Below are positions 1 through 9,827 of a stretch of DNA of 64,000 nucleotides, in pieces. Each line of letters starts with the position of its first letter. The first letter of the stretch is position 1. Under the pieces are notes generated by a model. The model was not told the origin of the DNA. It saw only the letters and a list, made by a program, of their open reading frames with translations, and did not search any database. The DNA comes from Planctomycetota bacterium (GTDB lineage: Bacteria; Planctomycetota; UBA11346): assembly GCA_038231435.1 (NCBI GenBank), contig JBBRLJ010000005.1, positions 32,001 through 96,000 on the forward strand. The letters are read 5' to 3'. The position numbers and the translations under genes were made by a program.

Positions 1-861
1 GGCCGCGAGATGTCGCCCCCTGGGCCATACCGCCAGGAGCTGCACGTGAACGCCTGGGCCATGCTGCTGCCGTACGAGCTGTGGCTGGCGACCAGGGATC
101 GCGCGGTGCTCGAGGAAGCCTGGCCGCTGCTTTCCGAGGTCGCGGATTTCTGGTGCTCGCGCTGCACGCTCGGCGCCGATGGGGCCTGGCACCTCCTACG
201 CGCGCTCGGCCCGGACGAGAGCGTGCACGAGAATCCCAGCCACCCGCAGCTCTGCGACGACCACCTCACCACCAGCCTGGCGCTGCGCGCGGCCTTGCGC
301 GCCGCCATCGCGGCCGCGGGCGAGCTCGGGCGCGAGGCGCCGCCGGAATGGCGCGTGGTCGCGGACGGGGTGCGGATCCTCGAGCCCGGCGCTGACGGCG
401 TGATCCCCGAATACGCCGGCTACAACGGCCACCCGATCAAGCAGGCCGACGTCATCCTGGCCTTCTATCCGCTCGGGCACCGGATGCCTGCCGACGCCAT
501 CGCGGCGAACCTCGCCTATTACCACGCGCGCATGGAGTGCGGGCCGCTGATGAGCGAACAGATCGAGGCCGCGGTGCGCTTCCAGCTCGGCCGCGAGCCG
601 CGCGAGGCGGTGCTCGCCGATCTGCTGCGTGAGTACCGGCGCTGCGTTCGCGGCCCCTTTCACGTGCCTTACGAGGTCAGCTGCAACTCCAACAGCCTGA
701 TGCTCACCGCCTGCGGCGGACTGGTGCAGGCGTTGGCCTGCGGCTGGTGGGACTACCGGCGGCCCGGAGATGACGCGGCGCTGATTCCACGGTTGGGATG
801 CGCTGATGCCGCGCCCGGCGTCAGCGCATCCACGCGTGCCGCCGGCGCGGCACGCACCTGA
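1..861 (+). CDS. Glycoside hydrolase family 65 protein, C-terminal part (5' end outside the window)
   Basis: Frame is open from position 1. GH65-type motifs GPDE (catalytic Glu region) and IKQADV, plus 'LSEVADFWCSR' helix. Confidence 0.8.
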   Translation, partial: GREMSPPGPYRQELHVNAWAMLLPYELWLATRDRAVLEEAWPLLSEVADFWCSRCTLGADGAWHLLRALGPDESVHENPSHPQLCDDHLTTSLALRAALRAAIAAAGELGREAPPEWRVVADGVRILEPGADGVIPEYAGYNGHPIKQADVILAFYPLGHRMPADAIAANLAYYHARMECGPLMSEQIEAAVRFQLGREPREAVLADLLREYRRCVRGPFHVPYEVSCNSNSLMLTACGGLVQALACGWWDYRRPGDDAALIPRLGCADAAPGVSASTRAAGAART

Positions 862-873
862 GCGGCACGCCGG

Positions 874-1120
874 TCACGCCTCGCGGCTCCACACCTCGAA
901 GTGCTGCAGCAGGGTCGCCCCGAAGAACGTGGTGAGCGCGGTATCAGCGGCGTCACGGCCGTAGGCCATCACCACGCGGCCGATGCGCGGGCGGTTGTGG
1001 CGCGCATCGAAGGCATGCCAGGAGCCGGAGAGGAAGGCCTCGAACCACGCCGAGAAAGCCATCGGCGCGGGATTGGCCGGCACGCCGATGTCACCCAGAT
1101 ATCCGGTCGCCGCGCAGCGC
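874..1120 (-). pseudogene. Transglutaminase-like protein, C-terminal remnant
   Basis: 'TGYLGDIGVP..PAPMAFSAWFEAFL.G.WHAFDARHNRPRIGRV.MAYGRDAAD.A' matches the C-terminus of bacterial transglutaminase-like proteins. The N-terminal part with the catalytic Cys is absent, and the next gene ends about 160 bp upstream. Confidence 0.7.
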
Positions 1121-1203
1121 GGGCGGGACCGCCAGGGTAGGCGCCAGCTTCGGGAGGACATGGTGCGCCGGCGCCGCATTCACGGAACTACGGTTGTCTG
1201 GGG

Positions 1204-1232
1204 CTCGCCCCCGCGGGGCTTCCCGCGGCGAG
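1204..1232 (-). terminator. GC-rich hairpin downstream of the 1278-1922 gene
   Basis: CCGCGGG-GCTT-CCCGCGG core with flanking CTCG/CGAG; no clear U tract. Confidence 0.3.
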
Positions 1233-1277
1233 GGTGCGTACCGATCGGCGTGGGTCCCGGTCAGCGACGAAGGTCGT

Positions 1278-1922
1278 TCAACGATCGACCTTCGTCGCGA
1301 GCGCGGAGCTCTTCTCGGACACGTCCGTCAGGGCTTTGCGCAGGCCCGCTTCGTCGTCAACGAGCTTGCCGATGATGTGCTTCGCCGACGCCACTCCGGG
1401 CTGCGAGAGATCCAGGTCGAGCGCCTTGAGCGTCTGCGCCAGATCGGCCTCGTAGGAATCGCGGGCGGTCTTGAGCGTCGAGTTGCTGCCAGCCAGGGCA
1501 TCCACGGCTACCCGCAGATCGCCTTCGCGCTTGTTGCTGGAATTGCGCAGTTCGGCATCGGTGAAGGTGTCGGCCTGCTGATGCCATTCGCTGATCTGCT
1601 TCCTGCCTGCGGAAACCGCCGAGTCGCTGCTCGATGCGACATCGCCGAGGGACGATTTCAGGGCCGAGGCGTGGGACTTCACCTCTCCATATGATTTCTT
1701 CAGATCCGAGCCGTCGCTGGAATCCTGAACGCGTTTCAGCCCGGACTGGACCTGATCCAGCTCCCGTGCTGCCTCCGAGACCTCCCCCGCGACCGAGGAC
1801 GAGGCCTTGACGGTAGCGGTGTTGCGATCCTGACCGTTGCCGCAGCCAACGAGGCCCACGGGTATGAGGGCGAGGGAGGCGAGCGCCACGGCGGCCAGGC
1901 TGGAGTGGATGATCGTGGTCAT
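1278..1922 (-). CDS. Helical lipoprotein, DUF2959-like
   Basis: Signal peptide with lipobox LVGC; all-helical; 'W......TDAELRNSS..R' and 'LDLDL...GVAS' resemble DUF2959 members. Confidence 0.6.
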   Translation of the reverse strand: MTTIIHSSLAAVALASLALIPVGLVGCGNGQDRNTATVKASSSVAGEVSEAARELDQVQSGLKRVQDSSDGSDLKKSYGEVKSHASALKSSLGDVASSSDSAVSAGRKQISEWHQQADTFTDAELRNSSNKREGDLRVAVDALAGSNSTLKTARDSYEADLAQTLKALDLDLSQPGVASAKHIIGKLVDDEAGLRKALTDVSEKSSALATKVDR

Positions 1923-2001
1923 GGTGTTCTCTGGAGGGGGTTCGAGATGGTTGAGTTGATTGAGCTGGTTGAAGGCGAGAGAGGGCGGCGGGCAACAGGC
2001 A

Positions 2002-2157
2002 TCACAGCCTGCCCATCAGGACCAGGATCAGCACCACGACCACGACCACGCCCAGGCCGCCGGTCGGTCCGTACCCCCACGACTTGCTGTGCGGCCACGT
2101 CGGCAGAGCCCCGAGGAGCGCCAGGATGAGGACGACGATCAGAATGGTGCCGAGCAT
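2002..2157 (-). CDS. DUF3309 family small membrane protein (51 aa)
   Basis: MLGTILIVVLILALLGALPTWPHSKSWGYGPTGGLG.. is the characteristic DUF3309 pattern; start trimmed from the longer ORF. Confidence 0.9.
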   Translation of the reverse strand: MLGTILIVVLILALLGALPTWPHSKSWGYGPTGGLGVVVVVVLILVLMGRL

Positions 2158-2407
2158 GAGGTCTTCTTCTAAGGGATCGTGTCGGCGCCAACGGCCGCCG
2201 AGAGGGTGGGAAGGCAGCCTAGGCGCACGCATGAATGCCCGACGATCAATTCCGGGCAACCTTGATGCCTCGCCGCTAACCACATGGGTCAAACGGGTGT
2301 GCAGCGAACCCGTGCGCCGAGCGTGCGTTGATCAGGGATGGTCGAGGAGGATCGTGGCGAGAGTCGTCGACGAGCCGTCGCCATGTGCAAGGCGGAGGGG
2401 ACGCAGA

Positions 2408-4129
2408 ATGCGGCATCTCGGGATGGCAATGCTTTCGACCTGGATCGCGCTGTGCGCGCCACTGGACACCACGCGAGGAGTGGAGCCGGACCTCCTCGAC
2501 GTTCGGCTGCTCACGCCCTTGGGCGAGCTGTCACCCGAGAGCCTCTGGATGGGGGCGGTCCCAACCGTAAGCGACGGCGCGATCGGCATGGCGGTGGTGA
2601 ACGACGAGGTGATCGCCCGAGATCTGCCCTCCGGAAGGGAGCTGTGGCGGATCAGGGATCCACAGGGGCATGCGCTCGGCACGCTGCTGATGTCTGCGCA
2701 TCGCTTGTTCTTGCACCGCATTCCACGCCGCATCCAGGCCGAGCACCGCTGGGATTTCACGGGTTGCGCCGAGGTCCTGCGCGTAGCTACCGCGACCGGA
2801 TCGTGGGAGGAGCCGATCCCTGCGGTCTCGGGAGCAGCGGACCAGGTAGTCGCCACCTCTGCGTGCGCCGCAGGCGACCACCTGCTGATCGCTCGCGCTC
2901 GCTGGGGCATCGATGCCCGAGGCGAGGACGAATGCCTCGCGCTCGAGGTCTCCTCGGTGGGAGCGGGGACGAACCATTGGCTGCGCACGTGGCCGTGCGA
3001 GGCGCCCCTTCCGCAGGCAGGCGCATTCCTGCTGACCGGCACACAGCCAACGGCGACGCATGATGACCCGCGCGCATGCACGATCTGCGGCGGCCTCGCG
3101 CTCATCTGCCCCGGCCCCACCTCGGCCATCCACGGGATCTCGGTGGAGGATGGCCAGGAGCGCTGGTCTCTCGAGCGCATCTGGGAATACGACCGAGACT
3201 TCATCGGGCCCAGCGTGTGGTGCCATCGGATGCGCAGATTCGGGCGCGACGAGGTGCAAGAGGCGTTCAAGCGCGCGGGGACGAAGACCATCAACGTCAC
3301 GCCCGAGGACAAAGCCGCGGTCGACGCACGCCTTCCGGAGGTGATCACCGAATGGCGGAAGGATTTCGACGCGCACTGCACCGCTTGGATCACCGGCGGG
3401 CCATGGGTGGTGCCGCGACCATCAGAACGCGGCGGCGAACCAGCGAACGCCATCCTGGTTGCCATCGCGATCGGCCCACGTCACGGATTCGTGCGCAATC
3501 TCGCGCACGCGCGATTGTTCGACCTGAACGAAGCCGGTCAGGTGTTGGCGATGGGCGACCCGCCACGGCTGATGCGCGACGTCATCGCGGCTCCGAGTGC
3601 GTTGGCGTTCATCGGTGATCCGCTCGGTGTCGGAGCGATCCGGCCGTTTCCGCACGCGCGCGAGATGGCGGGCATGGGCGGTGGACCGGACTGCCTGCTG
3701 TCGCTGGCCTGGCACAGCGAGCCGGCTGGAGGCATGATCGATTCATGGCTGTCAGGGGCATGGCGCTGCGGCGGGGCCCTCGGCGAGGGCGTCGCGCTGC
3801 AGCCGCTTGACGGCGGCGCGATCGCCGAACCTGGGGACAAGCTGCTGAGCACACGTATCGATCGCATCGCCCTGAGCGACGGATCCCGTGAGACTTGGAC
3901 GTTGAAGGTTCCGCTGACCGGAACGGCAAGCCTGCCCACCCAGAATTATTCCACCGCCACCCGGGCCAATGGCGCCACCGCCACCACCAGCTTCGCCCTG
4001 CCGGTACCATCGTCCTCGCTGACCTCGCTGCGCATCCTCGGCGATCGCTTGGTGGCGACCCTGGGCGAGTCAGGCCAGCAAGGCCAGGAATGTCGTGTGC
4101 TGGTATTTCACCTGCCGAAGCGCCCGTAG
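2408..4129 (+). CDS. Secreted protein with PQQ-like beta-propeller motifs
   Basis: GGAGG before ATG 2408; signal-like N-terminus; 'ARDLPSGRELW' and 'GISVEDGQERW' propeller-blade motifs. Confidence 0.55.
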   Translation: MRHLGMAMLSTWIALCAPLDTTRGVEPDLLDVRLLTPLGELSPESLWMGAVPTVSDGAIGMAVVNDEVIARDLPSGRELWRIRDPQGHALGTLLMSAHRLFLHRIPRRIQAEHRWDFTGCAEVLRVATATGSWEEPIPAVSGAADQVVATSACAAGDHLLIARARWGIDARGEDECLALEVSSVGAGTNHWLRTWPCEAPLPQAGAFLLTGTQPTATHDDPRACTICGGLALICPGPTSAIHGISVEDGQERWSLERIWEYDRDFIGPSVWCHRMRRFGRDEVQEAFKRAGTKTINVTPEDKAAVDARLPEVITEWRKDFDAHCTAWITGGPWVVPRPSERGGEPANAILVAIAIGPRHGFVRNLAHARLFDLNEAGQVLAMGDPPRLMRDVIAAPSALAFIGDPLGVGAIRPFPHAREMAGMGGGPDCLLSLAWHSEPAGGMIDSWLSGAWRCGGALGEGVALQPLDGGAIAEPGDKLLSTRIDRIALSDGSRETWTLKVPLTGTASLPTQNYSTATRANGATATTSFALPVPSSSLTSLRILGDRLVATLGESGQQGQECRVLVFHLPKRP

Positions 4130-4204
4130 GCCCTGATCTCTAGGCGCGCGCGCGGGCTGGAATGAGCCAGAATCGCGACCGCCCGCCGACAGGCGTATCG
4201 TCCG

Positions 4205-6073
4205 TCAGTCAGCGGCGATGGCGTCGCCCGATGCGGCCGGCTTGGCGATCGGCAATCGGATGACGAAGGTGGTGGGCCCGCCATCGGGGGATGTGAAGGT
4301 GAGCGACCCGCCATGGCCCTTCACCACGATGTTCCGCGACAGGTACAGGCCCTGGCCGGTGCCCTTGCCCACCGGCTTGGTGGTGAAGAACGGTTCGTAG
4401 ACACGGCTCTGGATGGCCGCGGGGATGCCGGGGCCATCGTCGGCGATGCGGATCTCGATGCCGTCCTTCCCCCCGGAACCGAGCGACTCGGTCGAAACGC
4501 GGATGGTGCCGCGCCGCTTCATGCCGGAATCGCGGATCGCGTGCGCGGCGTTGACGACGATGTTCAAGAGCACCTGGTTGATCTCGCTCGCGCAGCAGCT
4601 GATCTTCGGCAAAAGGGGATCGAGCTCGAGCACCACATCGGCAACGTACTTGTATTCGCTGCGCGCGACGTTGACCGTGGACTGGATGCTGGCATTGATG
4701 TCGGCCCACATCCGGGTGCCGTGATCCTGGCGCGAGAAATCGCGCATCGCCGAGACGATCTTGCTGATCTGGTCCAGGCCCTCGATCGATTGCTCGAGGG
4801 CCTTCGGGATCTCCACCGCCAGGAACTCGGCGTCGGTCGAGACCACCAGCCCATCGATCCGTTCCAACAGCGCAGCGAATTCTCCTGTTTTTCCAGGCGC
4901 GGGCGCCGCGGCCGCAGCCGCGAGCTCGCGATAGGCGTGCAGGAGCTTGGCGATGCCCTGGAACGATTCCTGGAGGAAGCGGGCATTGTCGCCGATGTAC
5001 TGGGTCGGCGTGTTGATCTCGTGGGCGATGCCCGCGGCGAGCTGACCGACGGCCTCGAGCTTCTGGGAATTGACCAGATGGATCTCGATCAGCTTGCGCT
5101 TGGTCACATCACTGCCGTATACCAACACGTCGGCGCTCGGAGCCGGCATCGCCGCCGCCGATAGCATCAGGAAGGCGTGCTGCCGGCCCTCGCCGCCATC
5201 GATGCGGATCTCGCACTCGGCGGCCGAACCGGTGCCACGCGCATCGGCGGCGAGCGACAGCACCGTCGCGATCGGCCAGGCTATCGGCAACGAGGATAGT
5301 TGCCGGCCGAGGGCTTCCGCGCGCGGGAGGGCAAAGGTCGATTCTGCGATCGCATTCCAGTGCGTGATGACCCCGTCGGCGCCGACGCCGATCAGCACCA
5401 GGGGGACGGTGCGCAGCACCTCCTCGATGCGTTGGCGGACGGCGGCAAGCTCGCGGATGGTGGTCTGGTGGCGCGCAACCTCGTGGCCGAGCGAGGTGTT
5501 GGCCAGCTGGAGCTCGCGGGTGCGCTCTTCGACCAGGATGCCGAGTCCGGCGACATGCAGCTTGAGGGCCTGCGCCATCGCCCACTTCTCGGTGAGCGCG
5601 TGGGCCAGCTGCAGCACCTCAAGGATGTCGAAGGGTTTCTTGAGGATGAGCAGCCGATCGCTGTACCCCAGCTTAGCGGTGAGCTCCGACCACGAGTAGT
5701 CGGAGAACGCCGTGCACAGCACGATCTGCACGTCCGGATCCACCTCCCAGATCTTGGCGATGGTCTTGAGGCCATCCCACCCTGGGGGCATGCGCATGTC
5801 TACGAACGCCAGCGCGTACGGCTCGCCGCGCGCGAGCGCGGCCTCGATCTCTCTCGCGCCATCCTCGCCCTGGTAGGCGGACCGGAGGGTGAACACGAGG
5901 CGACCGGGCATGGCGTCAACTGCCGTGGGTGCGGTTCCGAACAGCGCCGCCTCGGCAGAGGCGAGCGCGTCGTCCACGGCCGGCGAAGCGCCAAGTATCT
6001 TGGCGAAATCGCCATGGATCTGGCGGTTGTCGTCGATGATCAGGATGCGCTGGTTCAGGCTGGTGACGGGCAT
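4205..6073 (-). CDS. Cytoplasmic hybrid sensor: receiver - PAS - histidine kinase
   Basis: REC (RILIIDD, DMRMPPGWDG, KKPF), PAS-like segment (WNAIAESTF), H-box GIAHEINTP, HATPase (NAAHA, DDGPGI, FFTTK, GTGQGL). Confidence 0.92.
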   Translation of the reverse strand: MPVTSLNQRILIIDDNRQIHGDFAKILGASPAVDDALASAEAALFGTAPTAVDAMPGRLVFTLRSAYQGEDGAREIEAALARGEPYALAFVDMRMPPGWDGLKTIAKIWEVDPDVQIVLCTAFSDYSWSELTAKLGYSDRLLILKKPFDILEVLQLAHALTEKWAMAQALKLHVAGLGILVEERTRELQLANTSLGHEVARHQTTIRELAAVRQRIEEVLRTVPLVLIGVGADGVITHWNAIAESTFALPRAEALGRQLSSLPIAWPIATVLSLAADARGTGSAAECEIRIDGGEGRQHAFLMLSAAAMPAPSADVLVYGSDVTKRKLIEIHLVNSQKLEAVGQLAAGIAHEINTPTQYIGDNARFLQESFQGIAKLLHAYRELAAAAAAPAPGKTGEFAALLERIDGLVVSTDAEFLAVEIPKALEQSIEGLDQISKIVSAMRDFSRQDHGTRMWADINASIQSTVNVARSEYKYVADVVLELDPLLPKISCCASEINQVLLNIVVNAAHAIRDSGMKRRGTIRVSTESLGSGGKDGIEIRIADDGPGIPAAIQSRVYEPFFTTKPVGKGTGQGLYLSRNIVVKGHGGSLTFTSPDGGPTTFVIRLPIAKPAASGDAIAAD

Positions 6074-6077
6074 GGGA

Positions 6078-7802
6078 TCAGACCGGGAGTTGGAGGGTGA
6101 AGGTGGCGCCCTTGCCCAAGCCAGGGCTTTCGGCGCGCAGCGAGCCGCGCATCTCCTGCGCCGCGAGCGCGCTGCTATGCAGGCCGAAGCCGTGTCCCTT
6201 CTCCCGGGTGGTGAAGCCGTGTGAGAAGATGCGCTGGAGATTCTCCGCGGCGATGCCGTCGCCATTGTCGCGTAGGCTGAACACCAGGCGATCTGGTCCG
6301 CCGCGGCGCACGGAGACCCACATCTTGCGCACTCCGGGCCGCTCGGCGTCGAGGGCATGCTTGGCGTTGCTGACCAGGTTGATGAGGATTTGGAGAGTGC
6401 GGTGCTTATCGAGGCTCATCTGGGGGAGATCCTCGTAGTCGCGATCGACGGAGACGCCATGGCGGCTGAAGGCCGCATTCTGCATGCGCAGGGCATCCTC
6501 CATCAGATCTTGGGGACGGACCAGCATGGTGAACCCCGAGCTGCGCGCGTAAGCCTGCTGCATGCTCACCACATCCTTGACGTGATCGACGTTCTTCACC
6601 AGAGACTGGAGCTCGGCGAGGATGTCGCTGCGTTCGTCCTCGAGCGCGCGCGCGAGCAGGCGCAGGTAGCCCAGTACCCGCTGGCGCTGCTCGTCGGTTG
6701 CCAAGAACGCCGGCAGCTGGTCGCCTTGGGATTCCAGCATCGCGACCGTCTTGGCGAGTCCGCTCGACTTCGAGCCGTTGACGCGGTCCGAGACCACGGT
6801 CGCGGAGATGTTGATGCTGTTGAGCACATTACCGACGTTGTGCAGGACTCCGGTTGCCACCTCGGCCTGGCCGGCTTGGCGCGAGGCCTCCAGCAATTGC
6901 TTGTGGGTCTCCCCGAGCTCGATCTCGGCGCGTTGGCGATCATGCACCTCGCGGGTCAGGTCCTGGTTGCGCAGCGACAATTCGAGCGTCCGCGACTTGA
7001 CTGATTCCTCGAGCGAGCCGTTGAGCGAGCGCAGATCGAGATCCCTTGCTCGCACGGCCAAGCGCATGGCGTCGAATGAGCTGGCGAGCGTTCCGATCTC
7101 GTCGCGATTGCGATCGGAGATCACCGTCTCGAACTCGCCGCGCGACAGCCTGTCGCTCGCGAGCACCAGGGCGCCGAGGCGGCGGGTCAGCTGCGCCGCC
7201 ACGTACACCGACATGCCGACGCTGAAGGAGGCGATGACCGCGAATGCTGCGAGCATCCAGCGCCTATGGCGCGCTGAAGTGGCGATGGTCGAAGTCAGCT
7301 CGGTGCGCAGATCGTCGGAGAGGGATTCCTGGAGCGCGGTGAACGCGGTCTTCAAGGCCCGGGTTTCGGCATAGAGGCTATTGGCGCGGTCGAGATCCGG
7401 TGCGGCGGCGGCGTCCTTGACCATCGGCGCATAGAGCTGGTCGGCCTCGGCAGCGAAAGCGCGATGCCTGTCACGCAGGGAGAGTGCCTGCGCCGCGCGA
7501 TCGCCCCGCAGCTCGAGCGCACCGATCGAACCCAGCAGCTGCGCGACGTCGGCGGCGAGCGTGCGCGCCACGGTCAGTTCGTAAGCCTCACCCTGGAGCA
7601 CCGCATCCTGGTAGGACTGGGCCTGATGGATGAAGGCGGCGTTGGCGCGTTGGCTGAGCAGCGACGCGGTGAAATCAGCGCCCCCGACCCGATCGAGGAG
7701 CTTCTCGGAGGACAATGACAGCCACCAGCCGATGGCGACGGTGAGGAAATACCCGATCAGCAGGATCGAGATGCTCAGCCACATTCTGGTCGCTATGCGC
7801 AT
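6078..7802 (-). CDS. Membrane HAMP-domain sensor histidine kinase
   Basis: Two TM helices around a helical periplasmic domain; HAMP (DEIGTLASSFDAM), H-box VLHNVGNVLN, NAKHA, DNGDGI, GHGFGL; AGGA before ATG 7802. Confidence 0.92.
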   Translation of the reverse strand: MRIATRMWLSISILLIGYFLTVAIGWWLSLSSEKLLDRVGGADFTASLLSQRANAAFIHQAQSYQDAVLQGEAYELTVARTLAADVAQLLGSIGALELRGDRAAQALSLRDRHRAFAAEADQLYAPMVKDAAAAPDLDRANSLYAETRALKTAFTALQESLSDDLRTELTSTIATSARHRRWMLAAFAVIASFSVGMSVYVAAQLTRRLGALVLASDRLSRGEFETVISDRNRDEIGTLASSFDAMRLAVRARDLDLRSLNGSLEESVKSRTLELSLRNQDLTREVHDRQRAEIELGETHKQLLEASRQAGQAEVATGVLHNVGNVLNSINISATVVSDRVNGSKSSGLAKTVAMLESQGDQLPAFLATDEQRQRVLGYLRLLARALEDERSDILAELQSLVKNVDHVKDVVSMQQAYARSSGFTMLVRPQDLMEDALRMQNAAFSRHGVSVDRDYEDLPQMSLDKHRTLQILINLVSNAKHALDAERPGVRKMWVSVRRGGPDRLVFSLRDNGDGIAAENLQRIFSHGFTTREKGHGFGLHSSALAAQEMRGSLRAESPGLGKGATFTLQLPV

Positions 7803-7912
7803 GGGTTCCTGACGAGAAGGCTCATGAGGAAGCATACGAGACGATCAGCGGGCGGTCATCAGTATTGCGCTAGGTGGGATCCTGGGGTAACCATCCCTAC
7901 GGAGCACACATC

Positions 7913-9124
7913 ATGGCGCGCGCCCATGGATTTTCCGCATTGCGGGGGCTCGTTGCCGCCGGATGCACCCTTGCCCCCTGCGTGCCAATCGCAGCCGAGA
8001 CCCTGCCCGTGGACATCCATGGCTTCGTGAGCCAGGGCTACCTGAAGAGCGACGAGAACAATTACCTCGGTCAGAGCCAACGCGGCAGCTTCGACTTCAA
8101 TGAAGCCGGAGTGAACGTCAGCAAGAACCTCTCTCCGCAGCTGCGCGTCGGCATGCAATTGTTCGCGCGCGACCTCGGCACTCTCGGCGGCGACCAGATC
8201 ACCCTCGACTGGGCCTATGGCGATTATCGCATCAGCGATTCGCTCGGGGTGCGGGTCGGACGCATCCGCGAGCCCGGCGGTTTCTACAATGAGACCCGCG
8301 ACATCGATCTCGCGCGCACCTCCATCCTGCTGCCGCAATCGGTCTATCCCGAGAACTACCGCGACGTGTTGTCGTCGTACAACGGCGGCTGCGTCTATGG
8401 CGACGTGCGCCTGGCCGGGCTCGGCTCGTTGGACTATCAACTGTTCGGGGGCGGCGAGAAGATCGGGTCCAACAGCAGCGTCGCGCAGGCGGTAACCGAC
8501 GCGGGAGCGTTGAGCGTCTCATCGGTCGACGTGAAGTACGTGATGGGTGCCGGCCTGGTCTGGACGACCCCGCTCCGGGGCCTGCGCCTGGGCGCCACCG
8601 TCACCAAGTTAGCGATCGATTATTCCGGACAGACCACGGCCATCCCGTTCTTCGCGCCGTCGCAGCCATTCCACATCACCCTCGACCAGCTCGAGCAGTT
8701 CATCGTTTCCGCGGAATACACGGTCGGTGATCTGATCGTCTCGGCCGAGGGCGAGCGCATCCATGTCAGGGGTACGACCGACATCCCGGGTCAACCGGAG
8801 ATCAGGTTCGATTCCGGAGGCTGGTACCTGAACGCCGATTACCGGCTCACGCACAAGCTCGGCATCGGTTGCTACTACTCAGAATACTACAGCGTCGCTC
8901 CGAACGGCGATTCCCACGATCCGAGCATGTACCAGCGCGATCTCGCCCTCACCTGTGCCTACGACATCACCGACAACTGGCTGGTGAAGGTCGAGGGCCA
9001 TTGGATCCGCGGCTACGCGGCACTGCTGCAGCAGGAGAACCTCGGGCCCGGCTTCCCCTTCGGCTCCAAGCAGGCGGAGACCGACTGGGTGCTGTTCGCG
9101 GCCAAGACCACGGTGAGTTTCTGA
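7913..9124 (+). CDS. Putative outer-membrane beta-barrel (porin-like)
   Basis: Signal peptide; 'IHGFVSQG', 'LDWAYGDY', 'VRVGRIR.P.G.YNETRDID' motifs; amphipathic strands; terminal VSF. Confidence 0.75.
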   Translation: MARAHGFSALRGLVAAGCTLAPCVPIAAETLPVDIHGFVSQGYLKSDENNYLGQSQRGSFDFNEAGVNVSKNLSPQLRVGMQLFARDLGTLGGDQITLDWAYGDYRISDSLGVRVGRIREPGGFYNETRDIDLARTSILLPQSVYPENYRDVLSSYNGGCVYGDVRLAGLGSLDYQLFGGGEKIGSNSSVAQAVTDAGALSVSSVDVKYVMGAGLVWTTPLRGLRLGATVTKLAIDYSGQTTAIPFFAPSQPFHITLDQLEQFIVSAEYTVGDLIVSAEGERIHVRGTTDIPGQPEIRFDSGGWYLNADYRLTHKLGIGCYYSEYYSVAPNGDSHDPSMYQRDLALTCAYDITDNWLVKVEGHWIRGYAALLQQENLGPGFPFGSKQAETDWVLFAAKTTVSF

Positions 9125-9128
9125 TCAC

Positions 9129-9581
9129 ATGAACAGCATGAGAAGCATACCGATGCTGGTGCTCGCCTGCCTAGCCTGGCTGGGCTCCCAGGCCAACGCC
9201 GAGACGCTCATCATCGTGTCCGCGGACGCGACGGTCGCCAAGGCGAGCCGCGACGATCTGCACGACCTGTATCTGGGCAAGCGCTCGACGCTCGGCGGGT
9301 ACGCCGTCTCGGAACTGGTGGTGCGAGCGGATGGCGATGCCCACGACGCCTTCGTGAAGAACCACCTCGGCGTCACCGCCTCGCAATTCAAGACCTGCTG
9401 GAAGAAGATGGTCTTCACCGGGCAGGGAAGCTATCCGGTGAGCTGCGCCACCGATGCGGACGTCGTCGAACGGATCAAGAAGGACAAGAACGCGATCGGG
9501 TACATCGACGCGGCGAGTCCACACGAGGGCGTGAAGACCGTCGCCATCGGCGAACCCGACGGCGGCCAGCCCAAGCGCTGA
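9129..9581 (+). CDS. Small periplasmic binding-protein-like protein (of the kind usually labelled phosphate ABC substrate-binding protein)
   Basis: Signal peptide; 'LYLGK', 'WKKMVFTGQG..P', 'NAIGYID' motifs; starts 4 bp after the barrel gene. Confidence 0.75.
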   Translation: MNSMRSIPMLVLACLAWLGSQANAETLIIVSADATVAKASRDDLHDLYLGKRSTLGGYAVSELVVRADGDAHDAFVKNHLGVTASQFKTCWKKMVFTGQGSYPVSCATDADVVERIKKDKNAIGYIDAASPHEGVKTVAIGEPDGGQPKR

Positions 9582-9827
9582 CCGCCGCCGTGTCTCCTCG
9601 CGCGGCTCCGCTCGGCTGAAGTCCGGTTCCCGCACCGCTTTCGGCCATCGCGCGCACGGCGTCAGCCGCAATGGATGTCCCTGGCCACACCGGGTACGAT
9701 GGTTTGGCTGCGGCATGTGGCTCATCGACCCATCCGCATGTTCGGAGAGAGGACGTGGTGGGCGTGGCCGAGCCACCTATCGTGGGAATGGAACAGCCGC
9801 GGGCCCGCCGGCCTGCCCGGAGGCAGC

